From Octopus vulgaris (lineage: Eukaryota), in contig OX597814.1 of NCBI GenBank assembly GCA_951406725.2, forward strand, positions 44,950,001 through 45,014,000: a stretch of DNA of 64,000 nt. The letters are read 5' to 3'. Made by a program: the position numbers and the translations under genes. This document shows positions 41,320 to 55,143 of this stretch, one piece after another (position 1 is the stretch's first letter; each line of letters opens with the position of its first letter). Under the pieces are notes generated by a model. That model made no database searches. It was not told where the DNA came from and worked only from the letters and a program-made list of their open reading frames with translations.

Positions 41320-41655
41320 AAAGATTTCTGCCAGCTTTTATCAAAGCAGCAATCTTCAAAGCAATGGAATCATCTTAGGTGTAAAAACGGAAAAAGTTAC
41401 ATCGAAGGCAGTTTCAAAAGCCGTATCATCATCCCCAGAAACGAGGAAACGAGCAATATTACATTATTGCAGAAATTGAAAAATTTATATATTAATCAAA
41501 TATATCAAAACCTTACGTAAGCAGAGCAAGGCAATGTCAACTTTGCTCAGCAAATAAATATCATATAACAATACAATTTCATACTTTACACAAAAGAGTA
41601 GGATAATATTGAAATACTGTCAGCAAAACATATTTTACTTGACAAAATACAACGG
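41320..41655 (+). pseudogene. Neptune-type PLE GIY-YIG and C-terminal remnant
   Basis: Frameshifted IKAAIFKA...KSYIEGSFKSR...SKPYVSRARQCQLCSANKYHI...TLHKR...KYCQQNIFYLTKYN. Confidence 0.65.
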
Positions 41656-42479
41656 TGAAATAGAGAGGTAATCTACAGATTATAAGCAGAGATAACTGTT
41701 GCAAAGGGAGCACGAAGCGCAAGATGTTGAAAACCCACGATACTGAGCGCAAAGAAATGTAACCATTTACAAAAATCTTTTATTGACACGTTACTGCATG
41801 CAAAACTTAAGGTAATTAAATATAACTCTAACTCTAACACAAATACTAAGCATTAAGCATTCTTTGTTCGCAGCACAGGGATTAGATTGACACTAGTATA
41901 CAAGTAAACAAGTGAATCATATTAATTCTTCAAGACTGATGTATGTATACAACACTGATGCTCACGGATTACTGGTATTTGGTTATATCAACATTCACAA
42001 ATAGATACCATATTAAATAGGTGTGATGTTAAAATTAGTCATTGCAACACTAAAACCCTCGGCATTAGCAAGAACGTAGTAGCTCAAACAAAATTAACTT
42101 TTCTATAATAATTACCAAACTCATACTATGGAATATCGTTTCGTTTTTTTCTTTGTTTTTGTTTTTTGTTTTTTTTTTATCATATATTTTACTGAAAGTG
42201 TACATAAAAGAATTATAAAGTTGTTTTCTTATACCAGCTGCTGCAGATATAGTTAAATTGCATTAGCTCGTTCCTGCACAACACAAGATGGAATGTGATT
42301 CAGAAATAATACAATAAGAATTTTCTACCAAAGGAAAATCAACAGAAAATAAAACCATAAAAATGTTATTGAAAAAAGTTCCCAAAAATGTGTTCGTATA
42401 GCAAATAGCAAATTAGATGTTATATTATGAGGGAAGACATATGAAAATTATTATAGCACTTTCTATTATTAAATTTGTA

Positions 42480-43330
42480 CTTCATCTAGAGTATATAATG
42501 GTGTCTGTGTTGGTAATAGATTGAAGTAGGTCATTACAAAGTACAAGAAGTTTAATAAAAATAGTTCATCCTTTATCTAATCTCTGAAGACAAGTGAGCT
42601 ACTGCTTAGCTTAGGACTATTCAAAGTAATGAGAATATAATTAAGCACTAGAGAGCATTAAAACACCGAAATTCATCCACTTAACAGCTCAATAATTTAG
42701 AGTTGGAGGGGCTCTTGATTTTGATAAACTTAATGCTTCGCCCTGTGTAACTTCACCAACTGACACTTCGGTGAACTTGGTGGAGTTCATTTTGTTGCAA
42801 ACATTCGAGCCAGGTCTTTGAAATTTTTTCTTCCATCCCTTCTACCAACTTTGGTAGTACTGTAAAAGGTTATGCGCATCGTTTCCCTTTCTCACTAAAA
42901 GATAATAAAAGGTGTACAGTGTCGTTGGAGTGAAATAATTAGCAATAAATATTATTCAGTACTCGTAACAGGATATGAAACAGCCTCATCTGTCAGTTGT
43001 TTGTCGGTCAAGCACTGAGTTTTAATTAATCTCTATAACAGAGACCGGCTTGTAGAGCCCACTATTTTGCATTCTATTAAGGTGTACCAAACAGCAATAT
43101 CACATTTCAAGTAATGATTTCAAATCAGCATGAAACATATCGTAATTATATTTATTCATTCAAAATATAATCGCCATCGTTAGAAACACCAGTTCTCTAA
43201 TTCCCCAGGCAAAAAAAAATCAGATCTTTTACAAGAGAAACATGTTTACAGTGCTGTTTCGACATTGCCCCTGTTTCTTATAAGTTTTTTCACAGGTAAA
43301 GTGTTAGAGTAACCTGGATAAGTAAAAATC
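42480..43330 (-). pseudogene. Very decayed RT-like remnant, possibly PLE
   Basis: Scattered minus-strand fragments (QLTDEAV, VLPKL, DTII/TLD) in PLE RT order; many stops. Confidence 0.3.
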
Positions 43331-44233
43331 TGATAGCTCTGGGTCTTGTAAGTAGGGAGAGGGTGAAATAGAACTTCCCAGCCTAATGAATTCGTCTTTT
43401 CTAGGCTTATCTTCCTTTCTCTGTAAACTTTTCCAATCTACTTCGGATGATCTTGCACAGTGGACCAAGATTTATTTCGCCTCGGATATAAATCTCCGAT
43501 ACTTTGACGCAGATTCTCATCAGATGCTGTTTTCATTGCGTCATTCTAAGAACAGTTAGTCTTCCTGATTGATACCCATCCGCTTTTGAATTTATTAAAC
43601 CGTCTTTGGCATTACTGAACACTCACTTGTTAAGGAAAAGGAATACATATGTTTTCCTTTGTGTACGCTGTATTGTTGCCTTATGAAGTTCTTAAAGCAT
43701 GCAATGCCGAATATGTACCATCACTAAAGTCTTTGTCTTCAATGTGCAACAAACACATAAGCACACAGCGAGCATCCACATTGATGTTTGTCCATTGATA
43801 CTACGTTAATCGATTGACTGCAAGAGCACCTTATATTGGCTTCTATTGGTAAACTAGCTGTGGTAAGATATCAGACAATTTACCAGAACATACATTACTT
43901 TTTGGTAACCCTAATACTTATATTACACAATCTGAATAAACGATTGTTTATAGTGACACGTCATAATTTATGTTCATGGAAGTTTAAAATGATGTCAGCT
44001 TCCATACTTTCTCAATAGAAAAATGTCAACTTCATAGAAATGAATCAAGTCAATAACCTGAAGTCTTCATAACTCTTCGATTCGTTATTATTATTCAGTT
44101 CATACACAAGATCAAGACAGATGATTGACATTACAAAGCAAATGAGATCTTGAGATGTTCAGGTATATGTCGAGGATATTATTGCGGCTACAAATATTTA
44201 TTTCCTATGTTGTTAGAAAGCCAGAAATATATA

Positions 44234-44441
44234 CTTTTCAACTCTAGGCACAAGGCCCGAAATTTTTTTTTTGGGGGGAGGAGCCAGTCGATTACATCTA
44301 CCAGTTACATTTAGTAACTGGTACTAAATTTATCGACCGCGAAAGGATGAAAAACAAAGTCAAACTCGGCGGAATTTGAACTCAGAACGTAAAGACAGAG
44401 GAAATACCGCTAAGCACTTCGCTCGACGTCCTAACGTTCCT
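44234..44441 (-). mobile_element. Family N SINE with 14-bp flanking direct repeat
   Basis: gccagaaatatata at 44220-44233 and 44442-44455; tttatcgaccgcgaaaggatgaaaaacaaagtcaaactcggcggaatttgaactc. Confidence 0.85.
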
Positions 44442-44562
44442 GCCAGAAATATATAGAGAAGGAAATATAGTTCAGTTCGAAATTTTGGATAAAACGAAAT
44501 AAAAAAGAAAGGAGACTAAGAGGTATATAAGTTGATCAAGCAAACGGTGGTAACTATATATG

Positions 44563-44606
44563 AATGGTAGAAATTTTAGGTCCTTGGACCTAAAATTTCT
44601 ACCATT
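44563..44606. repeat. Perfect 21-bp hairpin with 2-nt loop
   Basis: aatggtagaaattttaggtcc-tt-ggacctaaaatttctaccatt. Confidence 0.9.
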
Positions 44607-44715
44607 AAACTTCCTTCCATAACAAATTTTCTTAGTGACAACTTAATTGCTATATAATTGTTCTAAGGACGTTGTGATAAAAATGTGCTGAGAAGAAATA
44701 CATATGTGTGTGTGC

Positions 44716-44776
<61 letters not shown>

Positions 44777-44810
44777 TGTGTATGATCAATATACAGCTGA
44801 ACAAAATTGA

Positions 44811-44875
<65 letters not shown>

Positions 44876-45499
44876 CATTATCATCGTCATCATTATTATT
44901 ATTATTATTTAAAACAGGTTGATTCGGCCCCATGCGAATTAAAGTTTTCATTTAAACAAATGGAAAAATACAGGAAATCCAAGATAACTAACGGAAATCG
45001 GACTGCTGTTGGTCAAAGCAGGTCACGCGGTGTTGTTAGAAATGAAATCGGCATTCCAGCGACACCAGATGCAAGAGAGATGAGAATTTTCCGGACCATA
45101 TGGCCGGACAGAACGCTGGTGTACCTTAATGTCAGGCCGGTCTTCGAAGGAACTTGCAGGACAGCAGAAACATCCTCGGCAAGGCTGTGTTTGTATTTAC
45201 CAGATATACAAGTACGTAGATGTGGGTGTGAAACGCCTAGTTATGTGTATCAGCGGTGGGTGTGTATGTGTGTGTGTTAGTGCCTACAGTATAATTGTGT
45301 GTGTATGTGTGTGTGTGTTAGTTGCTACAGTATAATCATGTATGCATACGTGTTTAGAGTACATGTACCGGTGTGTGTGGTATGGATGATTGGCGAACGT
45401 GGGTATGTACAATTCTGTGTTTATATATGAACATATAAATGTGTACCTTTTTTCTGGAAGAACATGTATGCATGCACGCATGCGCTTTTTCTGGAGTGT

Positions 45500-45568
<69 letters not shown>

Positions 45569-45939
45569 TGTGAATATTTTGGCACTTATTCTGCGAGCAT
45601 GACAGATGCATGCTAGTGGGGTTACAACAACGTTTCTAGGGAGTGGAGAATGACGTTTAACTCAGATTTCATGGTGTGAATGGGAGAGAAAGAGAAGAAA
45701 AGCATAAGTACTTAGGTGCATGTGTGTGTGAGCACTCGCCCAAGTATAAGGAGGCGAACGTAAGGGATTACCTGAGATGCATAAGTTAGGCATGTCGGCC
45801 TATGGTCTGCATATATATTGATCTACATGACATCGGTCTGCATGGGCATCGGTTGTAAAAGACCTTGTCCTTGATTGTGGAGCAGCTACAGCTGAAGTGC
45901 AGCGAATAGTATTTCTGTGTTATCAGCGGCCAGTGGTTT

Positions 45940-46695
45940 GAAGTTCACAAGGAGGGAGTACCTCTGACGGCAGCCATAAGATAGCGCATGTTTCTTATTG
46001 ACAGATATAGCAGGTTGGTGAAAAATGTGCCATCTTTAACGGAGACATAGCTGGAATTGCGGAAACCGGGTGATTAAGATAAGGTCCTGTCAATGATGGG
46101 CCATTCGATGTTGAACAAAGAGGTGGAATTCTCTCTACCCCTGTATCAAAGGGAGTGCATATACTGCGTGTACCTTGAAGTCGTTGTCTGCGATGCACAT
46201 GTAGTGTTTGTATGCCATTGGTTGGTATGTGGGTGGCTCTATAGACTACAGCCCTTTAGAGACAGAATCCGCTTAAAGGGCAACTGGTAGAGTATCGGGA
46301 ATTACAAGTTAGGGTTGGAGGTTGTTCAGGTGTATGTATGCGTCTGTTGTAGCGTGCAGTGTTAGATACGATGTCATCTAAGGAAGAGTAGCTCACCTTA
46401 ATGTTATGTGGATTGAAAAAATTATAGTACTTGTCGCCCGATGGAAGTGCTTATTAAGTAGCTTCTAGCTACATTGTTGAAAACTTCTAGGTTAAGTGGA
46501 AGTTGAACCACATTACGTTTCTCTTCCTAGTCCTCTTTTGGTGCAGAAGTTGTGGTTGGGGGTCCTCCATATATGCTAACTTCTAGTGTCATTGTAGTGG
46601 GTGGTACCTGCCCTGCTGAAGATGTACATATCGGTTGGTGTGGAGAGGCGGTCCACGCGATCCTCTATATTAAGAATGATGGATAGCTCATTTGC
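45940..46695 (-). pseudogene. Neptune-type PLE remnant (thumb/linker, GIY-YIG and C-terminal Cys motif)
   Basis: Frameshifted RKRNVMWFN...NKHF...FFNPHNIKVSYS...CPLSGFCL.RAVVYRAT...KHYMCI.DNDFK...FNIEWPII...QLCLR...VNKK...GCRQRYSLLVNFK. Confidence 0.8.
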
Positions 46696-46704
46696 TTCTG
46701 TATT

Positions 46705-46987
<283 letters not shown>

Positions 46988-48014
46988 GATGGTAAAATGA
47001 AGCGCTAACTGTATATCAAGTACAATGACAGTTGAACATATCATTTCTAGCAGCCCAGTTCTTACCAAATCCGTGTAAAATTTTGTAGAAATGTTTTTCT
47101 ATATTACTGATGGTATGGATAAATTATAAAGAGTAACAAACTATACCGAAGAACAAGTTTTAACTAAATCAAGTTACAAGAAAGTTTTAAAGAATAATTG
47201 AAAAGAAAATGAGATCAGATTAAAGTTACGACGTTATCAATATTTTATAATACATGTTAGAGACGAAGTAAATCTGAGCGAAACACTTAAATAGCTCAAA
47301 GGCTCTTGAGTAAAAACAGAATTGGTAAGATGGATTTTAGCTTCACTTGATTACACCTAGACACAAATAACTACAAAAATAAAATACCCGTAAAAAGATC
47401 TTAATTTCAAGTACAGATCTTGCAACCAGTACTATGAGACAACTGATGAGAAATAAATTTGTAGGAATGGCAAATGGGTAATATAGTGACACTTCAATGT
47501 GAAAACGGATATGAAGTGGTATAATAATGTACCAAGCATTGTACATGACAGTGACCAAGTTACAAGCATTTGAGGCATGTCTGAAAAAGACATTATGAGA
47601 GACTGTTCATTTCTGGACTATGATATATACCTTCATGCCTTCTTATCAAAGTTTTACCCGGTAGGAGGTGAAAAACTATTGAAAATACAAATTTCTTGTA
47701 ACTGTATTGAGTGAGATTTAGGGCATTAGCGTAAAAGGCATACCAATAATAATGCGGCACTGAGTATGATAACAAATATGAAGGAAAACATAAATCATGC
47801 CAGAACTCACTGCATTTCATGCAGTGCAGAATATAACACTAGTAGACAAGCCCACATTTTACTTATTATTTTTTCATGTTCAATAGCTCAACCTAAACAG
47901 TAACTCTCCTTTCACAAAACATACTAGCTACAATCAGTATCGAAGAAAATAATACGCACGAAATCACCACCAAATAATATAACACAGCACAATCACCATA
48001 CAATAAAACTATAC

Positions 48015-48431
48015 TCTCTTACTCTTTTACTCTTTTACTTGTTTCAGTCATTTGACTGCGGCCATGCTGGAGCACCGCCTTTAATCGAGCAACTCGACCC
48101 CGGGACTTATTCTTTTTGTGAGCCCAGTACTTATTCTATCGGTCTCTTTTGCCGAACCGCTAAGTGACGGGGACATAAACACACCAGCATCGGTTGTCAA
48201 GCAATGCAACGGGTACAAACACAGACACACAAACACACACACACGCATATACATATACATACATATATACGACGGGGTTCTTTCAGTTTCCGCCTACCAA
48301 ATCCACTCGCAAGGCTTTGGTCGGCCCGAGGCTATAGTAGAAGACATTTGCCCAAGGTGCCACGCAGTGGGACTGAACCCGGAACCATGTGGTTGTAAAC
48401 AAGCTACTTACCACACAGCCACTCCTGCGCC
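48015..48431 (-). mobile_element. Full-length family A SINE
   Basis: Reverse complement of 60756-61187; tail (cttttact)n. Confidence 0.9.
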
Positions 48432-48699
48432 TATAGCGGATATATTCTGTACAGAACACTCTAACAACAACTCTTACAAACCACGTTGTACACAGTTGCC
48501 ACACACTTATATAAGAAACACAATCGCTACCCAACAAGAACTAATATAGCTCATATTACGCATATTCTATACTATAACAAAACATTAAATATAAAAAGAA
48601 AATACCAGGAACAACAAAACAAGCACTTCAAAATAACAAAACTAGTGTCTAATACAAACATAATTCTATATCCCCAAAAGGCAATGATGCACACAGCTC

Positions 48700-49185
48700 A
48701 TGAACATGGCGATGCTCCTGAAAGTGTAGCAGAAACTCGCATATGATTCTTGAAAACATGAGGATATAATATCAATAAAACAAAAGCAAGGTGAAAACAA
48801 TAAAGAAAACGCTTCTCTATCTATAAAGAAACAAAATATAATCAGTGAACTAGCTACACTGAAGAAAAAAGATTTAGATAAGCACAAAACAACAGGTAGA
48901 GTTAAAAACAACGAAAGACAAAATGAAAGAGGAATTCCAAAATATATTAAAGAAAATATGGAGACAAAAACTACTTCATGATCAATACTCTGCAATAATC
49001 GACAGAGTGATAGACAATAATGGCTCAAAAGCTCCAGGCTAAAAGCGGAATCAGAAAGATTAATTTTAGTTGCACAGGAGCAAATCGGAGCCATAAATAT
49101 TTACAAAAGTAACATACTGGAAAAAAGTTGTCAACATCGACTGCAAATTATGCAGTCGGTGCAATGAGACAGTTGACCACTTCGC
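48700..49185 (+). mobile_element. R4/Dong-like LINE fragment
   Basis: WLKSSRLKAESERLILVAQEQI...CKLCSRCNETVDH. Confidence 0.65.
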
Positions 49186-50489
49186 AGAAATGACTGAGTC
49201 GGCCACTATATGTCCTGGCAACATACTGTTATTTCAACGCTCCACCCAACTAATCTCATGACTTTTCTTTCTGCGACCACAACAGGGCACAGCTTTTTAT
49301 TTTCGGTGGTCTTTTTGTCAGTTGATTCGCATCTGCGTTTAGTATTTTCGTAAGAGCATGGTCGCACTTTCTCACCTTTAGTCCTCTACAGAATGTTAAC
49401 GTGGAAGTTGCACCGGTAGCATTCCCCAACAACATGTGACAACATTTGAGATACAGATGCCCAGCGATGTTCTTTGCTTGACTCAGAACTACAGCGGCAT
49501 CAAAAAGACGGGCTTTGGAAAAATTCGCCTCAAGGTGCGCCAAGACTATTCATCATCTAGGAATTTCTGCACACATAGCAATCTCAGTGCACATATACGC
49601 ATCATTAGCTTCGGCTTTTTTCGGCCCTATGAATGTTGGGAAAGAGACCTCCATATGAGTAAAACATTTCATTCCCACAAGAAGGAAAAGAGCAGACGGA
49701 AAGTGTCAGACTGATAATATAAATAGCGGTTGAGCATTGGGATTCATTTAATCGACAGACACCTAACTCAAAATGTTAGAGGTCATTGATATCCCTATCT
49801 GCAGCAACAACTGTAGAGACGATCAAGTAAATATGTAAACCCCTCACCTCAGCCCCATCAGTCACATCAGTTACCGAATTTATCTGAATGACGACCAACA
49901 AAAACTTCATAAAGAACTTCCGGCGTCTTTTACTTGGGAAGTAATTTCGTTTTTATCTACTTCTATTTTTTTTATACATTTATTGTTTTATATGTTGAGT
50001 TTACAATATTTTCATTATAGAAAGATAAGATAATTTTATTATAGGAAGAGTAATGCCGGAAGAAAATCAGAATTATTTTCTAAATGTAATTTTCCAAATT
50101 TAAGATGGCCGTAAAAAATGAATAACTTTTTTTTAAATTCCAAATGCTGCCAAATATTAGTGTTTTCTGTATTCTTATCAAACAATAACGGTTTCAATAT
50201 TTTATTTCTTATTTTAATATTTATACATATATTTATTTTAATTTTCATACAGTTTTTTCGTAAAAATATTATTTTCCTCGTTTTTCTATTTATGTTTGAT
50301 ATTTACTTAGGTACAACACCATAAATTTTGTAATAGTCGGTTGCATCTACCTCAGTATTTGACTGGTATTATTGACTCTGAAAAGATGCAATTTGAATTC
50401 AGAAGCCTGTAATGTAATGGTGTAAAATATTTTTCCGACATGCTAACGATTGGACTTGTATTATTAATAATAACATGTAAGACGATGGG

Positions 50490-50617
50490 TGGGATGGCAG
50501 AATCGTTAGCACGCAAGGCAAGAAAAAGTTCTTAGAAACATTTCGTCCGTCTTTACGTTCTAGGTTCAAATCTCGCCGTGGTCGACTTAACCTTTTATAC
50601 TTTGGGGATAAAATAAT
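50490..50617 (+). mobile_element. Family N SINE 5' part
   Basis: ggcagaatcgttagcacgc...ggttcaaatctcgccg...ccttttatactttggggataaaataa. Confidence 0.65.
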
Positions 50618-50699
50618 GAGCTTGACGAACAAGCCTATACCGTTCCTGGTGCATTTATCCTAAATAGAGTTTCTCCCCGCTCATTCATATCTGTAGATT

Positions 50700-51970
50700 G
50701 TCCATAGTCCTGGCTTCAAAACTTAGTTGAAATTCATCGGCACCCAGAAACTTCTAAAGAATATTATCGCTCATGTTTACAACAAATCTGCCGTAAAAAC
50801 TGCAAATGTTGTCGTACCGACAACCTCGTTTTTCTCAGCTTTTAAGAAGAAATCCCATAAATCCTTTAGTTATTGTTCTCCATCACAGTCTGTGAGTCGT
50901 ATTGACACTACTTTTCGGTTACTTTGAATCCATAAACTCTGTAAGCATCCCAATGCACTATTTTACAGACAGTCATGCATACACTTCTACTCTTTCCGTG
51001 CTTCATTTGCTTAATAGATGTTTAATACCTTCGTTTACTTTTCCACAGATTTTGTGTTTGCTCTCTGACTTAGTTTTATTCATTTTTACTGTTGTCAAGT
51101 TCGTTCTAAATGCTTGTGCTTGAGCGGCTATAATTAGCGATTCAGTTTTTTGTTTCAGGTTTGTATCTGTCAGTCAAAACCAATGTTCCTTATTTCAAAC
51201 ATCCTCAGTTTCTTGTGTCGTTCTTCATTTTGTTTAATTTAGAAAAAGGGCGGAGTAGCTTAATGCTGTCACTTGTTTTCAATGCTTTGATATTTCTTCC
51301 ATTTAGTTTCTTTTGAGCACCATTCTAATGCTTCTCTTGTAATCTTGGGGGATTTTTCTCTAATTTATATTTCCATTATTGTATCGTCCGGCAGCTCCTT
51401 TAGGTAATTGTGTCCTTCCTAATATATTACTTATATTTAGGTAATTGTATCCTTCCTTATATGGTCTAGTGAAATCATCTTGTGGTAATTTTATACTATC
51501 ACATTTAATCTTTCAGCCAATCTTCCTAATAAACACTGCATACTTATTTATCCAAGACTACATAACAATATTCTTGCTAAATATTCTTACAGTTTAGGTC
51601 ACAGAATCGAGGGCTTTTTCGTTTCCGCATATAGTTTGAGGCCGTCCATACATAGCAAATAATTTATTTTCACCATGATTTTCGAAAATTCATAGGCAGG
51701 CCTGGATCTTCTCAGTATTCTTATCAGAGCGATTAACACAATTACAAAACGTAAAAGAGAAAGCGAGTTTCTCCGGCATATCCCACCTGCGTATTTTCAC
51801 ATTTCCTAATGATTTATTTTGGTATTTTCCTACAACTTCCTATGATCACATTGCTTTTTCTCTAAAAAAAACTGTCAAACTTTTCATTAGCCCCGAGTGA
51901 CCTTAGGCACTCCAAGAAACAACAGTGTAGGACATTATTGTAGGCTTTCTTGTAGTCGATCCAACCAACA
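50700..51970 (-). mobile_element. Decayed R4/Dong-like LINE
   Basis: WIDYKKAYNNV, YLLCMDGLKLYA (cf. LLYMDDLKL), TESLIIAAQAQAFRT. Confidence 0.7.
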
Positions 51971-54380
51971 TATTATTATTTTATATTATTATTTCATTCA
52001 CTTAACTTCTCTTGGTTTATTGATGTCATGTTTCAGCACCATCCCGCACGCTGGGAACTCAACACTTTTCTCAACACATGAACTGTGCCAAGTATTGCTG
52101 CCAACTGAATACTTCATATGAAGTTTCTTATTTGCAGTCTTTAATTCCAGAATATTGCTTTCTTTGAGATGGTCCCAAGTCCACTGATCCCAATAGGTAA
52201 CACACTGACGTTTGAAGCTGTATAGATTCGTCTTAGTACTTCTCAACTTACTTTCTTGTCTTCTGTCTTCACAATATTCTAGTCTGCAGTAATAGCTACG
52301 TCGATAAAGATCTATTCTTTGGGCTTCCTCCATAGGAAGGGGACATGTGGTCGGGTATGTTGCTGCTTTTTGTCTGTGTGTATTAGCATATTCCATATGA
52401 GTTTCACCTGGTCATTCTCTGATACTGGCAAAGGTCGATGCTCATACCACTTGCTCGAACATACTAGCCCATATTTTTTGCACAACTTCCAGTGTACTCA
52501 TACTGCTACAATGTCCTTCTTTTGGGCCACTTTTGAGCACCCACTAATTATATGTCTAACTGTCTCATATGATTTTTTATATAACCTACACAGAGGTGAT
52601 ACTGCTGTCCTATCAATGCTACACTTAATTGGGTTGGTTCGAAATAGAGTTTGTTCTTGAGCAGCAAATTTCACTTCTATCTCTTTCCTTAAAAATCCAT
52701 GCCTTAACCATCTCCAGGATTCTTCATCGGCTTCATCCGGTGTTTGTTGGAAAAACACATTTTCTTTGCAGCTGATGATCTTTCATCTGTTAGTCCTCAT
52801 ATTGTAATCCTGGGGGGTTTCATTATTGCCATTAATCACCTTTTTACTCATTGCATCCAGTAACATTCTTTCATCGGTATTCCTCGAGCTAGGGATGCTA
52901 GGGATTTGATATTCACAGCACTATCCTCTATTCCAGCCTGGCCTCTTCCACCTTCCTTCATAGGTAAGTAAATCCTTGCTATGTTACTTCTAGTATGAAG
53001 GCACCTTTCACAGCCATTACTTTCCTAGTTTTTCTAGCCATGTTGACCAGTTCTTCTTTTGTCCGTTCCACAACTCCTGCATAGCAATAACCTACGCGTT
53101 GATGCCTCTTATCAGGTTCCCTCCATTCCGCTTACATCAACGTAGCTTTTTAACTTTTTGGTATATTCAGAAAAAAATTTCTCTATCTTGGTGTTCATCA
53201 TCCGATTGTAAAACATCAAGATAATTGTAACCCTCTCAGTTCACTTCTCTTATCCGCTCATCATCTTGAAGTTGTATTCCACAGCTGTCTACTTTTCACC
53301 CTCTCCTCAGTTCACTAACAGCACATTTATCTAGACCAAATGTCATCTGGTTGTAACATACTAACAATAAACAGCAGAATGACAGAGTCTCCTTGAAAGA
53401 TATCTCTCCTGATATTAACTTGTCCAATTTCCCTTCCACCTGCAGTCCGAACTATCTTCCAATTTCTTATAGTGTTCTTGAACAAATAAGTTATATGTTT
53501 AGCTACCCCAATCATCTCCAGGAATTTCAGAATCCATGAGTGAGGAAACATACAATATGCCTTCCTATAGTCAATCCTAGCTATTGATAGGCTTGTCAAC
53601 CTTCTTCAGCATTTGCTCAGGATTGACTTAACAATCAGCAACTCATCTTTCGTTCCTCGTGATTCCTTCCTACAGCCTTTCTGTTCATCCGCTAGTATAT
53701 TACTTATTTCTAGATGGTAGTACAATCTCTTTACAATTTTCCCAGTTAGAAGATTCCACATCAAATGTAACCAAGCAATCCGACAATACTTACTCGCCAC
53801 GGCACCCTTCACTAAGTCCTTCTCAATCAACAGTTCTTCCATTGACTACCCGGTCTGGTACAATTACTTTGTGTACACAGCCTTGAAGAAATAGTTTTAG
53901 TTTAGGATGTAAATTCATCAAAACCAAAAAAAAACCTGAAAAGGGTTCGGACCAACTGCCTTCCAATTTCTCATCTTACCAAAACTAGCAACGTGATGGT
54001 AATATCCTCCTGTATATCTATGTGTTTGAATTTTTTCTTGTACTACATGCGTTTCACATTCTCTGATCAGATCTTACTCAATGACAAAACAGGTAACCCC
54101 GCTGCTTCCTTATCTCCTCCATACAGAGTTTCGTAGAACAGATTCTCATTTGTTATAAACTGTTGATTTTGTTTATATTTTAGGCATATTTCATAGTATT
54201 TTTTTAATCTTAACTCCACTCGTTTTGATCTTTTGTTTTAACCTATCAGATATTTTTAAAATGCCATATCCTCTGGATGATATTTCTTATTCACGCAATT
54301 CTGGTCTCTTTCATTGAGCCTCATATTTCCTCTCTTTACTTCCTCCATCTTACTTAAATCCTACCGCTTTGTATATTTTT
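51971..54380 (-). mobile_element. R4/Dong-like LINE (RT and RLE region) with (TAA)-like tail
   Basis: DEQKGCRKESRGTKDELLI; IDYRKAY..PHSWI; RRDIFQGDS; SWRWL..FAAQEQ..RTN; CRL..ETVRHIISGC; VLPIGISGLGTISK. Confidence 0.85.
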
Positions 54381-54389
54381 TATTATCAT

Positions 54390-54925
54390 TGAGAGGGCAG
54401 TGCATTCCATCAAAGTGACACTAGGGTAAAATATACGAAGCCCAATATACTACCCGTCTGATAAGGGTACACCAGGCACATGCACAACAACCATATGTGC
54501 GTGACATGGTGATCTCATCAAAATAAACAACACATAACCTTGCAGGTGGGGCCCAGTTAGAATTTTCTTCTGGTCGAGTAACCCATGCAACTCAAAAGTT
54601 CCCTGAATAAGGGTTGTTTAAGGATGTTGAACGAAACACCCATGTTTCCAGAGATGAATTATTCAAACCCCAAAGAATCCCTCTCGCCACATAGCTATGA
54701 TGCTCCCCCTACTTCTCGTGATCAGAGAGGCACATATCGTCAGCCACCAAGGGATATGCTCAACTGGTTAGGGTCAAACAAGTGACAAGCAAAGCTATGG
54801 TATTGAGCAGAATATTTGCTTTATCCCATCTGTTATACCAAGACAGATCATGTACATGATAACACTTCCAATCAGTTAAGACCAGAGGCTATGAGAGCCA
54901 ATGCCTGGTACTGCATCAGAGCATT
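54390..54925. repeat. Unclassified repeat-like block between TTA-like tracts
   Basis: GC-richer block with sharp boundaries; family not recognisable from this window alone. Confidence 0.35.
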
Positions 54926-54944
54926 ATTGTTGTTGTTGCTGTTG

Positions 54945-55143
54945 AGGTGGCGAGCTGGCAGAATATTTAGCACACCAGACAAAATGCTTAACGACATTTC
55001 ATCCGTATTTACGTTCTAGGTACAAGCTCCGCGGGGATCGACTTTGCCTTTCATCCTTTAGGAGTCGATAACATAAGTACCTGTCATAATCAGTTTACCC
55101 ACTACCGTTAAGTTGCTGGCCTTGAACCAAAATTTGAAACCAC
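54945..55143 (+). mobile_element. Family N SINE
   Basis: ggcgagctggcagaatatttagcacacc...gcctttcatcctttaggagtcgataacataagtacc. Confidence 0.8.

Noticed and set aside
43470-43525. Minus-strand CUGAUGA...GAAA
   Set aside because: No clean stem II closing the core and no stem I pairing.
44950-45240. Non-repetitive part of ORF 44807-45280
   Set aside because: No recognisable domain or convincing splice context; flanked by microsatellites and likely repeat-derived.
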